Positions 38,980 to 40,000 of a stretch of 40,000 bases of DNA are shown one piece after another. The number at the start of each line of letters is the position of its first letter. The first letter of the stretch is position 1. The stretch comes from Pseudidiomarina mangrovi (GTDB lineage: Bacteria > Pseudomonadota > Gammaproteobacteria > Enterobacterales > Alteromonadaceae), in assembly GCF_003999375.1 (NCBI RefSeq), contig NZ_RJLC01000014.1:267193-307192 (forward strand), written 5' to 3'. Under the pieces are notes generated by a model. That model searched no databases. It was not told the DNA's origin and was given only the letters and a program-made list of their open reading frames with translations. Made by a program: the position numbers and the translations under genes.

Positions 38980-40000
38980 ATGGCCGACCATGCGCTTACT
39001 TATCGCCCTACTCGCGCAGAAATTGACCTTACCGCGCTGCGTCATAATGCTCAATTAGCACGTCAACTCGCCGCTGGGCAAGCCTTGTTAGCGGTGATTA
39101 AGGCCAATGCCTATGGGCATGGCAGTGCCGCGGTTGCGGCTGCGCTTGAGCCTTATGTGGATGCGCTGGCAGTGGCTTTTATCGATGAGGCGTTGCAGTT
39201 ACGGCAAGCTGGCTGCCGGCTGCCTATTGTGTTGTTAGAGGGCTGTTTTAGTGGCGCTGAGCTACCGTTGTGTGAAGCCTATAATTTGCAACCGGTACTG
39301 CATAATCAGCATCAGCTCGAGCAATTATTAGCAAGCCCGCTGCAAACGCCATTAAAGGTTTGGTTAAAAGTCGATTCAGGCATGCATCGACTGGGCTTTT
39401 CTAGTGTTGAAATCGCCGCAGTGAGCCAACGCTTGGCGGCGGCCAAGCAAGTGGCCGAAGTCACCTTAATGACCCATTTTGCCAATGCCGAACAGGCCGA
39501 ACACCCGCTGAATAACCGCCAGCTCGCCGAATTTGAGCCATTAACCAGGTCTGCTAATCATCTGAGTTTGGCCAATAGTGCGGCCTTATTACAGCCTTTT
39601 GGCAGCTTGCAGCAGCCGGACCAACGGCGCTGGTGTCGGGCCGGCATTATGTTGTATGGCATTGATCCGGGCTTGCCTGGAGGCACTGCCGCATTAAAGC
39701 CCGTGATGCGTCTGGTTGCCCCAGTCATTGGTTTGCGTCAGGTGAAACAGGGGGATGCGGTCGGTTACGGTTCGCGCTGGTGCGCTCCTCGTGATAGTGT
39801 CATTGCCACCGTGGCAATCGGTTATGCTGATGGGTATCCGCGACACGCGCCGAGCGGAACGCCAGTTTGGGTCGCCGAGCAACGGTTGCCATTAGTGGGC
39901 ACTGTGTCCATGGATATGATCACCATTGATGCGACAGCTTATCCTCAGTTAAAGCTGGGTGATGAGGTGGAATTATGGGGCGCTCGGCTCCCTGTTAATG
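38980..40000 (+). CDS. alr: alanine racemase, 3' end outside window
   Basis: ATG directly after the upstream TAA. PLP-lysine motif LAVIKANAYGHG; ...AIGYADGYPR. Open to the window end, so absent from the ORF track. Confidence 0.93.
   Translation, partial: MADHALTYRPTRAEIDLTALRHNAQLARQLAAGQALLAVIKANAYGHGSAAVAAALEPYVDALAVAFIDEALQLRQAGCRLPIVLLEGCFSGAELPLCEAYNLQPVLHNQHQLEQLLASPLQTPLKVWLKVDSGMHRLGFSSVEIAAVSQRLAAAKQVAEVTLMTHFANAEQAEHPLNNRQLAEFEPLTRSANHLSLANSAALLQPFGSLQQPDQRRWCRAGIMLYGIDPGLPGGTAALKPVMRLVAPVIGLRQVKQGDAVGYGSRWCAPRDSVIATVAIGYADGYPRHAPSGTPVWVAEQRLPLVGTVSMDMITIDATAYPQLKLGDEVELWGARLPVN

Overview
The window has three parts. (1) Bases 1-14613 are an origin-proximal core block with gammaproteobacterial-type synteny: mnmG (5' partial)-rsmG-parA-parB-atpIBEFHAGDC-glmU-glmS, all on the + strand. 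(2) An intact integron integrase gene (intI, minus strand, 14624-15598) sits 10 bp behind the glmS stop. It is followed by an attI region and an array of 17 cassettes (about 15.7-25.5 kb). I delimited each cassette by hand from an attC site with inverse-core/core boxes (NNNTAAC ... GTTRRRY). Cargo includes a GFA-family protein, small membrane, secreted and lipoproteins, an FMN reductase, and a three-gene merR / merC-like / GDCCVxC cassette with its own mer-type operator-promoter. It also includes four toxin-antitoxin (TA) cassettes: brnTA twice, phd-parE, and an inverted vapBC. (3) The last attC (ending 25519) is followed by a second, integrase-less copy of the attI region, about 80% identical over about 93 bp. 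After it comes a 9-kb same-strand accessory block (25.7-34.8 kb) with no recognisable attC sites. That block is cassette-like in content (GNATs, VOC/glyoxalase proteins, lipoproteins, two more TA pairs) and holds a decayed remnant of the phd-parE cassette. The window ends in a peptidoglycan-peptide cluster: ldcA (minus strand), an M14 carboxypeptidase, a class-C beta-lactamase-like serine hydrolase, and alanine racemase (3' partial). I found no rRNA, tRNA or CRISPR. The candidates most worth follow-up are the orphan second attI with its possible 'ghost' array, the merA-less mer-type cassette, and the diverging duplicate brnTA cassettes. All coordinates, alignments and identities were worked out by eye, without tools.
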